DNA of 64,000 nt from Eledone cirrhosa (GCA_964016885.1 OZ024748.1:39618001-39682000), one strand, 5' to 3'; positions 13,730-26,740 are shown, counted from the first letter of the stretch. The notes: generated from the sequence alone by a model not told the origin. Program-made: numbers and translations.

Positions 13730-14260
13730 AAGTAAAATAGTACGAGATAATAATTCTGAGTCCCGAAAAAAAAATATACTAATGCTAACTCTAAAACATC
13801 TTATACAAGCTACATGAAAGTTCGTACGAAGTAAAGGTAGAATACGGAAAAATAAATTCAGAATCCACCCCGCCCAAAAGAAAAGCGAAGAAAGAAATAC
13901 TGAAACGAGAAAATAAGGCATAAGTGCCACTAAGAAATATAGAAGGCACGGAAAATAGTGGGAGCGGTCGGAAAAAGGGGGCAAGTATCCGGGGTCTAAA
14001 CCAGCTGCTATAAAAAGCGGAGTCCGCCAAATATATCATAGACTAGGGGAGGGGGTGGGGGTACTGAGGCTACAAGGGGCCAAAGGGCAGCCTCGGGTGG
14101 GCGAGAAAAGACGCCGACAAAGAAGAAGAGCTGGGGTAGAAGGACTAAGGAGGGATGGGGGGAAGAAGGTTTGAGGGCGAGGTAAGTCCTACGCAATCTA
14201 TGTTTACATGCAGTAACCAGTTCATCTTTCTTGTTTAGGAGTTGGTCCGTCGAAAACAGC
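13730..14260 (-). mobile_element. Third Penelope-like 3' fragment (inverted copy of about 10975-11630 with an internal deletion)
   Basis: Near-identical reverse-complement sequence; the matching ORF translations are almost identical. Confidence 0.88.
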
Positions 14261-15130
14261 ATGGCTCCTTACTGTCAGTCCGGTATTTGTGCAGGTTGTT
14301 TTTCTCCATCTGAACACAGTCCTCTATGCTGATAAGACCTCTTCCACCTTCAGATCTCCTTAAGTAGAGTCTATCGACATCACTCCTCTTGTGGAACATG
14401 TTGTAGATAGTCAATAGCTTCCTAGTCTTTCTATCCATTTCTTTTTGTTCAGCAACATTCCATTTCAGAATAGACACAGCTCAGGAATTCACTGCACTTA
14501 TGATATTCCTACTGTTCAGGTGTGACTTTAATACGCTCCTTACTCTCCTTATGTACTCAGATCTTATCAATTCCTTCATTTTTTTGTTCTTGATGTCATC
14601 TGCCTCCAGAACACCTAAATATTTGTATCCTTCTTCAGTGTCAATTTCCTTTATCATGTCATCTGTTGGTACCTGGATTCCGTTGCTTCTGCTCATTTTA
14701 CCCCTCTTCATCACTAGGACTCCACACTTATTAATACCAAATTGCATACATATATCATTGCTGAAAATACGGACAGTGTCAACAAGCACATCCAACTCCT
14801 TCTCACTCTTCCCGAAGAGCTTAAGTTCGTCCATGAAGAGGAGGTGATTGATGGTAAGCTCTCCTTTTCCCAACTTGTATCCTGCTCTCACTTTTCGCAA
14901 TATAATGGTCAGGGGTATCAAGGCAAGGACAAACAGCAGAGGGGACAAACTCTCTCCCTGGAAGATACCTCTTTTGATCTTCACGCCTCCCAAGGATTCT
15001 ACACTCGATGTTAACTCTGTTTCTCAGGACTTCATACTTTTGCTCAACAACTGTCTGATGTTATCTGCCACCTTGAAGATCTCTAGACTTTTGGTGATCC
15101 AAGAATGAGGTACCATGTCGAAAACCTTTT
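14261..15130 (-). mobile_element. R4/Dong-like non-LTR retrotransposon RT fragment
   Basis: KRGIFQGESLSPLLF, NHLLFMDELKL, YKYLGV and RLYLRRSEGGRGL; in-frame stop at 14481. Confidence 0.82.
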
Positions 15131-15164
15131 AGCAGTAGCAGTAGTAATGTTATTATTAAAATTG

Positions 15165-15350
15165 CCAGTGGATTGGCAGTATCGGTAGAGGGTCGGACGC
15201 CCTGCTTTATAGCAAAGAGTTACGGCCCTTTATGTTCTGAGTTCAAATCCCGCCGAGGTTAACTTTGCCTTTCATCCTTTCGGGGTCGATAAAATAAAGT
15301 ACCAGTAATACACTGGGATAATTGCTGGCCTTGTGCCAAAAGTAGAAATT
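15165..15350 (+). mobile_element. SINE, family 1, with target-site duplication
   Basis: Full SINE with B-box-like gagttcaaatcc; ttattaaaattgcc occurs on both sides. Confidence 0.88.
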
Positions 15351-15599
15351 ATTAAAATTGCCTTTTCTATATCCTACACTGTTACGTAAACCCCCCCTTT
15401 TCTATCGCCTCTCTCTCTTTCTTTCTGCCTCAATACATACATACAGACAGACACACACACGCTATCTATCTATGACATAATTATTCCACGATCGACAAGT
15501 AACAATACACAATAGCGCACTTATGACAGGCCAGAGATTTACGTGGGAGGTGATCTACCATAAATTTGTAAGAAAATCTGTTGTTGTCTAGCATGTTCG

Positions 15600-15838
15600 T
15601 ATAGTACTCAGTACTATACGAACATGCTAGACAACAACATGACGGTAACATAGACAGCATAGAAATTAGAATAATATCTAAACATAGAAATGACCCAGCA
15701 GATAGGCAAATCAGAGAGGCCAGTGAAATAGAAATTAGAAGACCAAAGCTAAACAGAAAGAATGAATCGAATAACAACAACACCCAAACAAACAACACTG
15801 ACCTAAGAGAAGTGTAAATAAGTAAATAAAATAAGATT
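15600..15838 (+). mobile_element. PLE/GIY-YIG-like 3' fragment; a longer copy lies at 39966-40460
   Basis: Reads YEHARQQHDG..IEIRIISKHRNDPADRQIREASEIEIRRPKLNRKNE, resembling the end of a GIY-YIG domain. Near-identical direct copy at about 39970. Confidence 0.65.
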
Positions 15839-15839
15839 A

Positions 15840-16590
15840 ACGTATATTCAAACAGAGAGTGAAAGAGCGAGTAGTCTGGCTGCTTTGAACCACTCCCTAT
15901 AACGTATATTCAAACAGAGAGTGAAAGAGCGAGTAGTCTGGCTGCTTTGAACCACTCCCTATATTAGACTGTCTCTAAAGTTATAAACGGAGAAAGAGAA
16001 ATCATCGTATAGACAAAGAGAGAGTGAAAGAGCAACGAGTGAAAGAGCGAGTAGTCTGGCTGCTTTGAACCACTCCCTATATTAGACTGTCTCTAAAGTT
16101 ATAAACGGAGAAAGAGAAATCAACGTATAGACAAAGAGAGAGTGAAAGAGCAACGAGTGAAAGAGCGAGTAGTCTGGCTGCTTTGAACCACTCCCTATAT
16201 TAGACTGTCTCTAAAGTTATAAACGGAGAAAGAGAAATCAACGTATAGACAAAGAGAGAGTGAAAGAGCAACGAGTGAAAGAGCGAGTAGTCTGGCTGCT
16301 TTGAACCACTCCCTATATTAGACTGTCTCTAAAGTTATAAACGGAGAAAGAGAAATCAACGTATAGACAAAGAGAGAGTGAAAGAGCAACGAGTGAAAGA
16401 GCGAGTAGTCTGGCTGCTTTGAACCACTCCCTATATTAGACTGTCTCTAAAGTTATAAACGGATAAAGAGAAATCAACTTATAGACAAAGAGAGAGTGAA
16501 AGAGCAACGTATAGACAAAGAGTGAGTGCTATAAACGGAGAAAGAGAAATCAACGTATAGACAAAGAGTGAGTGAAAGAGCGAGTGTGAA
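15840..16590. repeat. 118-bp tandem repeat (about 5 units plus partial units) in the Helitron 5' region
   Basis: attagactgtctctaaag recurs at 15963, 16081, 16199, 16317 and 16435. Confidence 0.92.
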
Positions 16591-16861
16591 ATTTTTTTAA
16601 TTAAAGATAATTTCAATAGAATTAGTATTCTCTCTTTAATTTAATATAATTTCAATAGAATTAGTAAATTCTCTCTTTAATTTAATATAATTTCAATAGA
16701 ATTAGTATAGTGTCTGTTTCACATTACTTCCCTTCCACTCCCATTACAGGGAATTCTTTTTCAGCTAGCCATTAACTAAGTGCTGTAATTTGATATCTTC
16801 ATTTCGTCTGTCCTTATTTTACTGACCTGGACACATACGTGGACCGACATCATTCCAAGAA

Positions 16862-18694
16862 TTGAAAACAGTAAACGGTCAAGTATGTGCCACTTATCGT
16901 GAAGCTTGCCAAGAATTAAATCTTCTTGAAAATGATGGACATTGGGACACTTCACTCGCTGATGCATCGAATACTGCTCGACCAAAGCAAATACGCACAT
17001 TATTCTCAATAATATTGACAACGTGCTTCCCATCAAATCCAAAAGATCTTTGGGAAAAATATAAAAACTACATGAGTGAAGACATCCTACATCGTTTGCG
17101 TGCAACAAATCAAAATATGAATATTCAATTCACACAAAATGTGTATAATGAAGCATTGGTTTCCATTGAGGTCATATGTTTAGCAATCGCTAACAAAACA
17201 TTGGTACAATTGGGAATGCCTGCGCCGAATCGATCTGTAAACGACATTTTCGATCGTGATTTGCAACGAGAAACAAACTTTGATGTCGCCGAATTGGGTA
17301 CATTTGTTCAAACGAATCTTGCCAAATTGCTACCAGAACAACGCATAGTATATGACCAAATTATGCAGGCAACTATAAGTCAAAGCGGCACATTGTATTT
17401 TATAGATGCGCCAGGTGGTACAGGCAAAACTTTTCTCATTTCACTTATTTTGGCAACTATACGATCAGAAAATAATATTGCACTGGCAATCACATCATCT
17501 GGAATTGCGGCAACTCTTTTAGATGGTGGCCGAACAGCACATTCAGCCCTGAAATTGCCATTGAATATGCAAATCGCTGAGACATCAACATGCAATATTA
17601 CCAAACATTCTGGTATAGGTAAAGTACTCCAATCATGTAAAATCATTATATGGGACGAATGTACTATGGCGCACAAAAAATCATTGGAAGCGCTTAATAA
17701 TACGCTAAAAGATTTGAAAGGAAATGAACACCTCTTCGGTGGCACACTCATTTTATTGTCTGGTGATTTTCGACAAACTCTACCAGTTATACCGCGATCA
17801 ACACCCGCTGATGAGCTTAATGCATGTCTCAAATCATCAGTTTTATGGCGACACGTACAGAAATTAACTTTAAAAAACAATATGCGTGTACAACTACAAA
17901 ATGACGCATCCGCTGAACGTTTCACAAAACAATTGCTGGATATTGGGAATTGGAAAATGGTAATCGATGATTCCACAAAATGTATCACATTGCCAACAAA
18001 CTTCTGTAGAATCACGGCAACCAGAGACGAACTGATTCACAAAGTGTTCCCAAATATTGCGCAGCATTACAAAAATCATCAGTGGCTCAGTGTACGTGCT
18101 ATATTAGCAGCCAAAAACACCGATGTCAATGCCATTAATTTCAGCATTCAAAACGAAATACCAGGCGAAGAGACAACGTATAAGTCCATCGATACTGTAA
18201 TGAATCAAGACGAAATTATCAATTATCCAATTGAATTCTTGAATTCACTTGATTTGCCAGGCATGCCACCGCACATTTTAACATTGAAAATTGGCGTGCC
18301 TATCATCCTTCTCCGAAACATCAATCCACCACAACTTTGCAACGGTACCAGACTTTCAGTGAAAAAGACGATGAACAATATCATCGAGGCTACAATTTTA
18401 AATGGAAAATTTAAAGGAGAAGATGTACTCTTGCCACGCATCCCAATAATTCCAACAGATACGCCATTCGATTTCAAACGTTTGCAGTTTCCGGTGCGAC
18501 TCGCCTTTGCAATGACTATCAACAAAGCACAAGGACAATCGCTACAAGTGTGTGGACTAAATTTAGAAAATCCATGCTTCTCACATGGACAGCTGTATGT
18601 GGCTTGCTCACGCGTCGGTAAACCTTCTGATTTATTCGTGTACGCACCAGAAGGAAAAACAAAAAACATTGTGTATCCAAAAGCACTTCAGTAA
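16862..18694 (+). CDS. Helitron RepHel C-terminal PIF1-like SF1 helicase (5'-truncated, no ATG start)
   Basis: DAPGGTGKT (Walker A), IIWDEC, LSGDFRQTLP, LRNINPPQLCNGTRL, FAMTINKAQGQS and HGQLYVACSRV. Confidence 0.93.
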   Translation: MKTVNGQVCATYREACQELNLLENDGHWDTSLADASNTARPKQIRTLFSIILTTCFPSNPKDLWEKYKNYMSEDILHRLRATNQNMNIQFTQNVYNEALVSIEVICLAIANKTLVQLGMPAPNRSVNDIFDRDLQRETNFDVAELGTFVQTNLAKLLPEQRIVYDQIMQATISQSGTLYFIDAPGGTGKTFLISLILATIRSENNIALAITSSGIAATLLDGGRTAHSALKLPLNMQIAETSTCNITKHSGIGKVLQSCKIIIWDECTMAHKKSLEALNNTLKDLKGNEHLFGGTLILLSGDFRQTLPVIPRSTPADELNACLKSSVLWRHVQKLTLKNNMRVQLQNDASAERFTKQLLDIGNWKMVIDDSTKCITLPTNFCRITATRDELIHKVFPNIAQHYKNHQWLSVRAILAAKNTDVNAINFSIQNEIPGEETTYKSIDTVMNQDEIINYPIEFLNSLDLPGMPPHILTLKIGVPIILLRNINPPQLCNGTRLSVKKTMNNIIEATILNGKFKGEDVLLPRIPIIPTDTPFDFKRLQFPVRLAFAMTINKAQGQSLQVCGLNLENPCFSHGQLYVACSRVGKPSDLFVYAPEGKTKNIVYPKALQ

Positions 18695-18882
18695 AACAAA
18701 TTAAATGTTCTTATAACGAATTTTCTTTAAATTCGTCAGTCATTCAGTCATTTAAAGATAAATGTTAAAATCTAAAAAATAGAAACTAAATTACAGAAGT
18801 TTTTAAATAACGATTAAAATGTTAATATTATTCTTTTCTAAATAAGCTTTTTAACACTGAGCGAAGCCGGGTAGCTCCGCTA

Positions 18883-18927
<45 letters not shown>

Positions 18928-18944
18928 CATATTCCAGCATAGCT

Positions 18945-19075
18945 ACGTCCGTTAACGATCTTAGTTCAAATCCCGACGAGGTTGACTTTGCCTTTCATCC
19001 TTACTGGGTCGATAAAATAAAGAAGCAGTAATGCACTGGGTAATTGCTGGCCTTGTGCCAAAAAGATGAAACAAT
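18945..19075 (+). mobile_element. SINE, family 1 (partial)
   Basis: gttcaaatcccgacgaggttgactttgcctttcatcc...gtcgataaaataa. Confidence 0.8.
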
Positions 19076-19376
19076 TATATATATATATAATATATAATAT
19101 AGATATGTATATATATAATGTAGTGTGTGTTAGTGTGTATATATGTATGTATATATATATACATATGTGTGTGTGTGTGTAACAATTGTTCTCGGTATGG
19201 TGAACTAACTGTTGTGTTAAAGGGTGAAAGCAGCGATTCTTTGCTTAAACTTTAATCTGTTATTTTAATAAATATTTCCTCTAGGGTTCTTATATATTTG
19301 ATATATATTTATCCTTATCGAGCCCTCTTTGGATTTTAGTCTTCATATTTATTATTATTATTACTATATATATATA

Positions 19377-20200
19377 CTAGCTGAGGTACCCGGTTATACC
19401 CGGGAGCGGGAGTATTCCCAGTTCCCATTAAAATGCCCAATGCCTCTCAGACTAAAAATGAAATACAAATATAGGACAGATAATCAAAAGCGAAGACAAA
19501 TTCATTTACGAAACAATAATACAAACAAATATTGTTGATTACATTGGTCAGGTGAAAATATGTTCGTCAGAGAAGTTGAGTGTTGCTATAAATAAACAAA
19601 TAGAACCCCATTAGGGTGTCTCAATATTATTGACATTTGCTGAAATTTTGTGAATAGGTATCATATCTTGTCATTTACCTATGATTTAAATTTCATATAA
19701 ATCGAAGGGAAAACATTTTCAGTGGGGGTTTTCAACGGGGTTTTGTGCCCCTAGGGACCCTTTGATTAAAATGAAATATACTTATCGAAGTACCCTGGGC
19801 AATGTAGTTTTAAAATATATATGGTTATGGGGGTCTATCTCCAAAACATAGGAGGAGTTCGTGAAATCTTGTTCCATTTATTGGCCAAAATGTTCACTAT
19901 AGGGGGTTTAACCCCCTATAGGGTGTCTTAATATTATTGAAATTTGCTGAATTTTTGTGAATAGGCATCATATCTTGTCATTTACCTATGGTTTAAATTT
20001 CTTATAAATCGATGGGAAAAAATTAAGCGGGGGTTTTCAGCAGAGGTTTGAACACCCGGGGAACCCTTTGATTAAAATGAAATATACGTAAGAAATCAAA
20101 TAGGCATGAGGCCCCACACACGTGTCAAGCTACATCAAGATCCGTTTGTTAGTTTTTGAGTTTTAGGTTCACAAACAAACAAACAGACAAAAATTGGCAT
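19377..20200 (-). mobile_element. Non-autonomous Helitron-like element with an internal duplication; related copy at about 30075-30320
   Basis: Minus-strand end CCCGGGTATAACCGGG-TACCTCAG-CTAG|T. 19610-19790 is repeated at 19918-20087, and the same block (gtgaatagg..catatcttgtcattta..ctttgattaaaatgaaatatac) occurs at 30080. Confidence 0.6.
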
Positions 20201-20709
20201 TTATATATACTATAAAGCTAACGGCCGTATGTATGTAACAAACTTTTCGCCAAACGGCTGGACCAAACAGCACCAAATTTGCACTATAGATGTAACTTTT
20301 TCCAAGTAAAAAAGTGAGGGTATTTTTGTCTACTGAATTTTGTTAAAAGATTAAAGACATTATTTAAATATTCACTTCTTTAAAATTTCAAATGTCAACA
20401 CTTCCTGTTATACGACATTCCTCACTTTTTTTCGTCGCACAATATTCCCCTCTTTTTCTTAGTCTGTCTTTTTAGATAGATATAGGGCTATAACGTAGCG
20501 TCTTTATAATATGTCTCTGTATGTCTGGCTGTCTGTATTAGATAACGCTTTTCGAAATATTTACTTCTGGGTTCACAGATTGATTTTTTTTAGTTTCAGA
20601 AGTTAAGGGTGAAAGCCTTTGCTTAAACATTGTTATTTTAATATATATATTCGTGTACAGATATTTTGCATACACAAAAACAAAAACCTATTTATTTCAC
20701 TAAAGCACA

Positions 20710-21282
20710 GACGGCTTATCGTCATTGTTACTGTTCGAGGTTAGAGGACCACAGTCTATCCAAGATCTGAGAACCATCAATAGCCATCAATGTTCCACTT
20801 ACCGTTTGGCTTGCCAGATGCGTGGTTTGTTACACGATGACACCTATTGGCACCTCACCCTGCAAGAAGCAGCAACTGCTAAAGTCCCTTCTCAGCTGCG
20901 AAAACCTTTTGCTATTATGCTGCACAACTGTGATCTCGCCACCCCGAAAGTCTAGCTGAGGACATCCTCCACCGCACACGCAGACACAATCCGAGCGTAA
21001 CATACGATGTCGTTTTCAATGAGGCGCTCATCTGTCTTGAAAACAGTGTCCTGGAGATTGGTGGTAGGCTTCTAAGTCACTACAGCTTACCTGCTCCTGA
21101 CAGGAGTGTCCTGAGGTCAATGTCTACAGAGCTTTTCCGCGAGACGAGCTACGAGATCAGTGCTTCTCCAGTGGTCAATTGTATGTAGGATGCTCTAGGG
21201 TGAGCTCGCCAAACAATCTCTTCATCTTTGCTCCGGAGGGCCGAACAAAAAATATTGTATACTCTGAGGCTCTAACAATGTA
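20710..21282 (+). mobile_element. Degenerate second Helitron RepHel remnant
   Basis: LLLFEVRGPQSIQDLRTIN..TYRLACQMRGLLHDD, homologous to the start of the 16862 ORF, is joined by a deletion to GQLYVGCSRV..NLFIFAP..KNIVY. Confidence 0.8.
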
Positions 21283-21789
21283 ATTTAAATATTTTCTGTT
21301 ACTTGGAATTTTCATTTTGGTTGTACAAATTATTGTTTGTTAAAAAATGTGTTCTCTGTTCAGCCTTTATTGTTGTAACTCTCAATTATCTTTAACGTAC
21401 TGGCTGCTGAACTGGGGAATCCTAAAACTATTCAAACCCAACATCAGAGCACGTTAACCATTTGGATAGTGAAAGAAAAAGAGAAAAATTTCAAATCTTT
21501 TATGAGGGATATGCAAATGAAGTGGAAGTGTAGACTGAAAATATCGTTATATTTAGACGCCAGGTACATTTAAATAATTATTAGGATACTTTATAAAAGA
21601 AGATGAAGCAGAAGAAGGAAGAAAGATAGGCTCATATTATTATCAGGGTGCAAGTAGATTTAAAAATTAAAAATGTGTTGAAGTGGTAGAATACTAAACC
21701 AAAAAGTGTTCAATATATAACCAAATCATGAGTTATAATATATATATAATGTATATAATTATATTTTAAGGAATTAAGGTTGTAGGTAC

Positions 21790-21904
21790 ACTTTAGCTTA
21801 TTATATTGCAACCAGTCAATTTAGCTTATTATATTGAAACCAGTCAATTTAGCTTATTATATGGAAACCAGTCAATTTAGCTTATTATATTGCAACCAGT
21901 CAAT
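21790..21904. repeat. 28-bp tandem repeat x4 (tttagcttattatattgcaaccagtcaa); mirrored at 39856-39967
   Basis: Directly visible; marks one end of the inverted duplication. Confidence 0.9.
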
Positions 21905-22179
21905 TATATACATATTTATATAAATAGATAAAAATATATACATGCTGTTATTAATTCAAATATAATTTAAGGGTTACGAAGGATATGTGTTTACATTTTC
22001 AATATATAGTTAAGAAAAAAAAGTCCAAGATGGCACGGATGGGGTGGTCAGGAAGGAGACGTCCATACCATAATGCCAATGTAAGACAGTAGCTATTGTC
22101 ATTTTATCGTGTCAGTTGATATTACGTTAAATATAATTCCGGTTTTATCTGTGATTTACTGATATAGCTTACGTCAATT

Positions 22180-22572
22180 GTTTCTTCTTCGTCCAGTTAT
22201 TTCTGAGACGGTCGTGGGGTCAGAGTCCTCCAACACTCCTTCCAGCAAGTCATGTCAGAAGCAACCGTTTCCAACTGATCCGGCTGGATCTCCCAAGCAT
22301 GACCAGCCAAGCTCATGGATCTTAGCAAACCATCTTACTCAGGGTGGGTCGATACCTGGGTTTCTTGTCGGTTTGTTTTGCCCGTAAAATCTGTCCGGTG
22401 ATTCTTTCCTGAGACAATCTAACCACATGTCCATAGTATCAAAGCTGTGATCTCTCAATTCGGAGAAGTAGCGGCTCTACCTGGAGTAACTCTCTGATCT
22501 CAGAACTACGCACTCTATCGAGTAACATTACTCCAAAGACCCTTCAGAGGAATCCCATTTCGGCCGCTTGTA
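22180..22572 (-). mobile_element. RTE-like LINE 3' fragment (mirror copy at 39188-39580)
   Basis: Similar to 25700-26110, whose minus strand translates to RTE-type ORF2 C-terminal sequence. Confidence 0.65.
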
Positions 22573-22638
22573 TTGTTTCTATTTACGAAATAACACAACT
22601 GAGGATTTTAATAGTGTCAAATTTTCGTTTCCTTTCAG

Positions 22639-24136
22639 TTCCGACTTTATCGAACCATTTAAAATACATATTGTAGAGAACATAAAGATCAATAACCGTA
22701 ACGACAGATTAATTGCTCTCGAGAAAGCTGACTACAACATCTTTAAATTACAACCTGAAGATGTCATGATCTATTTCCTTACAGATGCTGGCACTAATGC
22801 TTTCAGTCTTGAACAAAACGCAAGAATATGGATGGGTGATGAAAGTTATGCCGGATCTACTAGTTATGAAACTTTGAAAGACACGGCAACATATATTTCT
22901 GGTTTTGAAAACATTCTGCCAGTTTTTTCTGAATGTATCAGCGAAGAGATTGTCGCTTCTTATTTCACAAAAGCTGGAGATAAGGTTATTGGGAATACTT
23001 TTACTTATTCACTTGAGAAGCATATAAAGGATCTTCATGCTGAAGCGATTTCTTTGTTAGATTGGTCAGATAATAATTTTGCAGGAAATCTAGATGTTCA
23101 AGCACTCAAAAACTTATTGGCAGAAAATGATAAAAAATCAATTTCCTTTCTTATAATGAATGTACCAGCAAAAAGTAGTGGTGGCCAACCAGTTAGTATG
23201 TCAAACATGAAAGCAGTTTCTGATCTCTGTCGCGAACATTCGATTCCGATATACATCGAAAGTAGTATGTATGGTGAGAACTGTTGGCTCAATAAAATGT
23301 ACGAAGAGGCTTACTTCAATAAATCGTTAGTTGAGATATCGCAAGAAATGTTTTCTTTTTTCGATGGCTGCATTATTTCTGCTAAAAGAGATGGTAGAAG
23401 TGAGATTGGAAGTGTCATTTGTCTTCAAGACAAAGAAATTACTCGAAAATTGGGCACTGTTATTACTCTTAAAGCAGGTTTCATAACTTATGGTGGGATG
23501 GCTGGCCGAGATATGGAAATGGTAGCGGTTGGCATGCGAGGTGCTTTGGATGAACAACTGCAAGACTATCGACAAAAACAATTGGCATTTTTCAAAAGAT
23601 CCCTGAAGGAATTTGGTGTTCCGATTGTGGAGCCAGTCGGTTGTAATACCATCTTCATTGATGCCGAAAATGCTTTTCCTAACTGTAAACACGCGTTTTA
23701 TCCAGCCTGGTCTTTATCTTGTGCTGTTTATATCGTCGGGGGTATCCGATGCGCAGAGTTTGGTCAAGTTACTCGTCCAACAAGTAGCTTACCCACTAAT
23801 CATTTTCTGAAAGACCGAGAATTACTAAAGCTTGAGATACCTCGTTTCATCTATACGACTTCTCACATTTTCTATGTTGCCTATGTTTTCGCTCAGCTTA
23901 TTTCACATGAAATGCTTTCTGGAATGAAACTTATTGCCTGCTCCGAAGACCAAATAAAAATCGTGAAAATAAAAATGAAACCAAATCATTCTCTGGAATA
24001 TGACGATATCCAACTCCTTCCGGTACAAGACTGTAAACACATTCACTTCTTTAAATACATATCTAATCAAAGAGTTATGAAAAGAAATTCAATCGCCGAG
24101 GCATCTTCTATATGGTCAGTCGACATTCATTCTTAA
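22639..24136 (+). CDS. Tryptophanase/TPL-family paralog A; predicted non-catalytic (PLP Lys to Arg) partner subunit; single large exon
   Basis: Family motifs EPFKIH, ADYNIFKL, FLTDAGT, GDESYAGS, GGQPVSMSN, GFITYGGMAGRDME, GGIR..EFG and IPR..YT. The frame is open for about 498 codons. Acceptor ttttcgtttcctttcAG at 22637-38; the ORF-track TTG start lies in the intron/RTE remnant. Confidence 0.9.
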
Positions 24137-24321
24137 AAAGGGGACAAACACGTTAGATAATGTAATCGTAGACACAAAAAAGACGTGGTAGTCATGATTG
24201 GAACGTCCCTGATCATATAATTGCTCTGTCAATGTTGACCTGAACTTAAACAACAGCAACAACAACACAGAGATTTTTTTTTGTTGCACCCAAACAGGGT
24301 TCTGTAAATTCTAGATTGTAC

Positions 24322-24475
24322 ATTCTTTTATTCTTTTACTGGTGTCAGTCATTAGACTGTGGCCATGCTGGGGCACTGTTCTTTTACTGGTTTCAGTTAT
24401 TAGACTGTGGCCATGCTGGGGCAGTGGTCTTTTACTGGATTCAGTGATTCTACTGTGGCCATGCTAGGGCACCAT
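24322..24475. repeat. About 47-bp tandem x3 derived from a SINE-like end
   Basis: cttttactgg..tcagt.att..actgtggccatgct.gggca is repeated three times. Confidence 0.8.
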
Positions 24476-24669
24476 TTGCTTGTTAGTTTATTTTTTTAAA
24501 TTGGTTTTATTACCAACAATTAAACTATTGAACATGATTTTGAATAGAAAGTAGGGGAAAACATTGACAGTCTTGTCAAATATAGTTTTAATATTATGTT
24601 AACAAACCATGAAATAAAATATCTTTGGAAACTTAAATATATTTCTTGTGATGTTCTTTTTACAATTAT

Positions 24670-24790
24670 TTCACCAATATATAATTCATATGAAACATTG
24701 TGATGTATGTTTCACCAATATATAATTAATATCAAACATTGTGATGTATGTTTCACCAATATATAATTAATATGAAATATTGTGGTGTGG
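24670..24790. repeat. About 41-bp tandem repeat x3
   Basis: tttcaccaatatataatt.atat.aaacattgtgatgtatg is repeated. Confidence 0.85.
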
Positions 24791-25699
24791 TTGTAATAAT
24801 TCGGGGAAAGATGGTACAACGAATATTAGATAAACTAAGGTGAAAAGATACAACAAATCAGCATTTTAAACTTTCGTCTTATATTTCTTGATATTTTGAG
24901 GTGAAAAACTTTTTTCAAAAGAAAGAAATGGAGTCTGGTGTTGTCAACGCCCAAAGAAATGTTGATAAACGATTTATTTACATCAACTTATTATTGATGG
25001 TGACATGCTTTTGTTTCACTTTAAAAAAATATTATAATAAGGTGACATACTAATATAAATATTATTTTAAAAATAAAAAACAAATCTTGAAACATCTTAT
25101 GACTGTGGCAGTGACAAGGTTTATAGAGTTAAGAAGCCTCACAACCATCTGATTTCCGGTTCCTTTAGACTACATGGCATCTTAAAGAAGTGTCTTTCTG
25201 CCATAGGTTCGAGTCAACAAAACGGACAGTTTGCCCTTTTCGGCTTGGCGGGCAGCAGGGCCTGGACTGGTGGTGGAATGCACCAGGTTGGCACTTGCAA
25301 TTAATTGTAATATAACTGATAGATGTTGTTTCAATTCTGTGCCATTAATTGTAGATCAACGACAACATTGTTGCAGTAGTTATTTCAATTCTGTGCCATT
25401 AATAATCTGTGTTACGAACACTACATAAATAGTCTACAGGTGTTACCTTGATTTCACCAGATGGAAATATCAAAATCAAAATTGATTATGTAATTGTTCC
25501 AAACAATATTCTCGAAATGCTGAAAAACTGCCATGTGTATATTTCTACAGATATTGGTGTAGAATATTTCAACTTAGAGACTGGAAAACACAAACGTTAT
25601 TATCATAAATGTACTGTGATTGTGTGAGGCTTAATTATTAAAGATTGTAAAATCCATTCCCAGTGAATTGGTCAAACTATATCCAAGAATTTTCTTTTT

Positions 25700-26465
25700 C
25701 TTCCTTCACTTATTCCTGAGAAGGTCGTGGGGGAAGAGTCTTCAAACACTCCTTCTAGCAGGTCCTGTCAGAAGCAATCATCTCCAACTGATTTGGCTGG
25801 ATCCCCAAGCGAGACCTGCCAATCTTATGGATGTTATCCAACTATCTTGCTCAGGGTCTACTCCTGGGTCTCCTGCTGGTTGGTTTTGCCAATAAAATCT
25901 GTCCAGTATTTCCTTGGACATTCTAGCCATATAATATGTAATATCAGAGCTATGATTTCTCAATTCGGAGAAGTATCAGTTCTAACAGGAGTGATTCACA
26001 AGTCTCCAAGCTACACACACTATCGAGTAATGATACTCCAAATACCCTTTTGGAGGAACCCCATTTTGGCCACTTGTATTTGCGATTGTATTCTTTCAGT
26101 CATTACACAAGATTCATGACCATAGGTAAGGGTTGGCACGAAAACCGAATTGAAGATAGTGAGTTTGGTGTTTACACCTACCTCCCTTCTTCTGATTACC
26201 AAATGCCAAAGCTGTCACATTACTGCAGCAGCTCCTGCAATTATTGCACTTAATTCGGCCTCCTGCCTTCCATCACTCGTGACCATGGCCCTGAGATACT
26301 TGAACTTCTCTACCAACTTCAGTAGAACTCCCTTCGCATGTAGAATGCACTGCGCAGGCTTCCTTTAGAAGACAAGTGTCTCAGTTTTCACAGCACTGAA
26401 TTTCATTCCAGCCATGCAGCACTCTGCATCAAACCTATCAAGTGCAAGTCAGAGATCACCTTTTG
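25700..26465 (-). mobile_element. RTE-clade LINE 3' fragment
   Basis: TKLTIFNSVFVPTLTYGHESCVMTERIQSQIQVAKMGFL is a typical RTE ORF2 C-terminal region. Confidence 0.8.
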
Positions 26466-26584
26466 TTGAGTTTGTAACACCATGTTGTCTGCAAATTCCA
26501 GCCACAAATTGCTGGCCATGTGCCTAAAGTAGAAAACCTTATTCCTGCAAAAGGTCCTGTTAATCCTTAATTATTATTAAATAT

Positions 26585-26740
26585 AACATATATACAAACT
26601 GGAGCTGTGTCAGGGACCAGTCCGCAAACATATATACAAACTGGAGCTGTGTCAGGGACCGGCCTGCAAACATATATACAAACTGGAGCTGTGTCAGGGA
26701 CCAGTCCGCAAACATATATACAAACTGGAGCTGTGTCAGT
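26585..26740. repeat. 42-bp tandem repeat, about 3.7 units
   Basis: aacatatatacaaactggagctgtgtcagggaccagtccgca. Confidence 0.92.

Larger units (their letters stand above)
15840..18883 (+). mobile_element. Helitron, internally deleted (Rep/HUH domain absent)
   Basis: PIF1-type helicase ORF; the 3' terminus gagcgaagccgggtagctccgCTAG|T at 18859-18884 is inserted before (TA)n. The 5' limit is uncertain. Confidence 0.88.

Noticed and set aside
16862-18694. Host PIF1 helicase gene
   Set aside because: Intronless, lacks an ATG start, has Helitron-specific upstream motifs and a hairpin-CTAG terminus.
22568-22638. ORF-track N-terminus MYCFYLRNN.. of gene A (and 39122-39192)
   Set aside because: TTG start at the edge of an RTE remnant, upstream of a clear splice acceptor, with no family similarity.
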